Program-made: the position numbers and the translations under genes
In this document: positions 64,000 through 64,000 of the stretch, piece after piece
Position numbering within the stretch: position 1 is the first letter of the stretch
Layout: each line of letters opens with the position of its first letter
From: a virus
DNA length: 64,000 nucleotides
Direction: 5' to 3' (one strand)
Virus record (IMG/VR): IMGVR_UViG_3300009432_001268
Span: 1 to 64,000 of that record
The notes under the pieces: model-generated
What the model was told of the DNA's origin: nothing
Databases searched by the model: none
Seen by the model: the letters and a program-made list of their open reading frames with translations, nothing else

Positions 64000-64000
64000 G

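Noticed and set aside
1-64000. Alternative genetic code or phage tRNAs
   Set aside because: Genes are full length and tightly packed under code 11; no cloverleaf seen in the intergenic gaps
63634-64000. Tail chaperone G/GT frameshift site
   Set aside because: The gene is cut by the window edge and no slippery site is visible

Overview
A 64-kb segment of a large lytic tailed dsDNA phage (Caudoviricetes) with a lambda-like long-tail tip, read in the standard genetic code. No tRNA, rRNA, CRISPR array or integrase was seen. Layout: (1) 1-17 kb, minus strand, a replication/recombination block: DnaE split into separate PHP, DEDDh-exonuclease and polymerase genes, primase, DnaB, RecA, Cas4/RecB-like and Vsr-like nucleases, a Whirly-like SSB candidate, a tubulin/FtsZ-family GTPase and two glycosyltransferase genes. 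(2) 17-30 kb, minus strand, a 15-gene nucleotide-sugar/glycosyltransferase island. (3) 30-32 kb, a sigma factor and dNMP kinase. (4) A 0.6-kb non-coding strand switch holding a densely base-paired ~370-nt RNA candidate. (5) 32.5-41.4 kb, plus strand, nucleotide metabolism and accessory genes (dCMP deaminase, dUTPase, Hsp20, class II RNR, flavokinase, glutaredoxin, orphan antitoxin domain). (6) 41.4-64 kb, tail genes (IPT-repeat protein, three tube-like paralogs, gpM/L/K/I/J, 2220-aa tape measure). The most striking unexplained signals are non-coding: the large structured RNA; a 72-nt pseudoknot-like element present twice, each copy exactly 5 nt after a TGA stop; and three promoter classes (TTGACA-N5-CCCC sigma70-like, GTGTAA(T) putative late, and a sigma54 site before hsp20). 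All protein calls are by-eye motif recognition; no database searches or folding programs were run.
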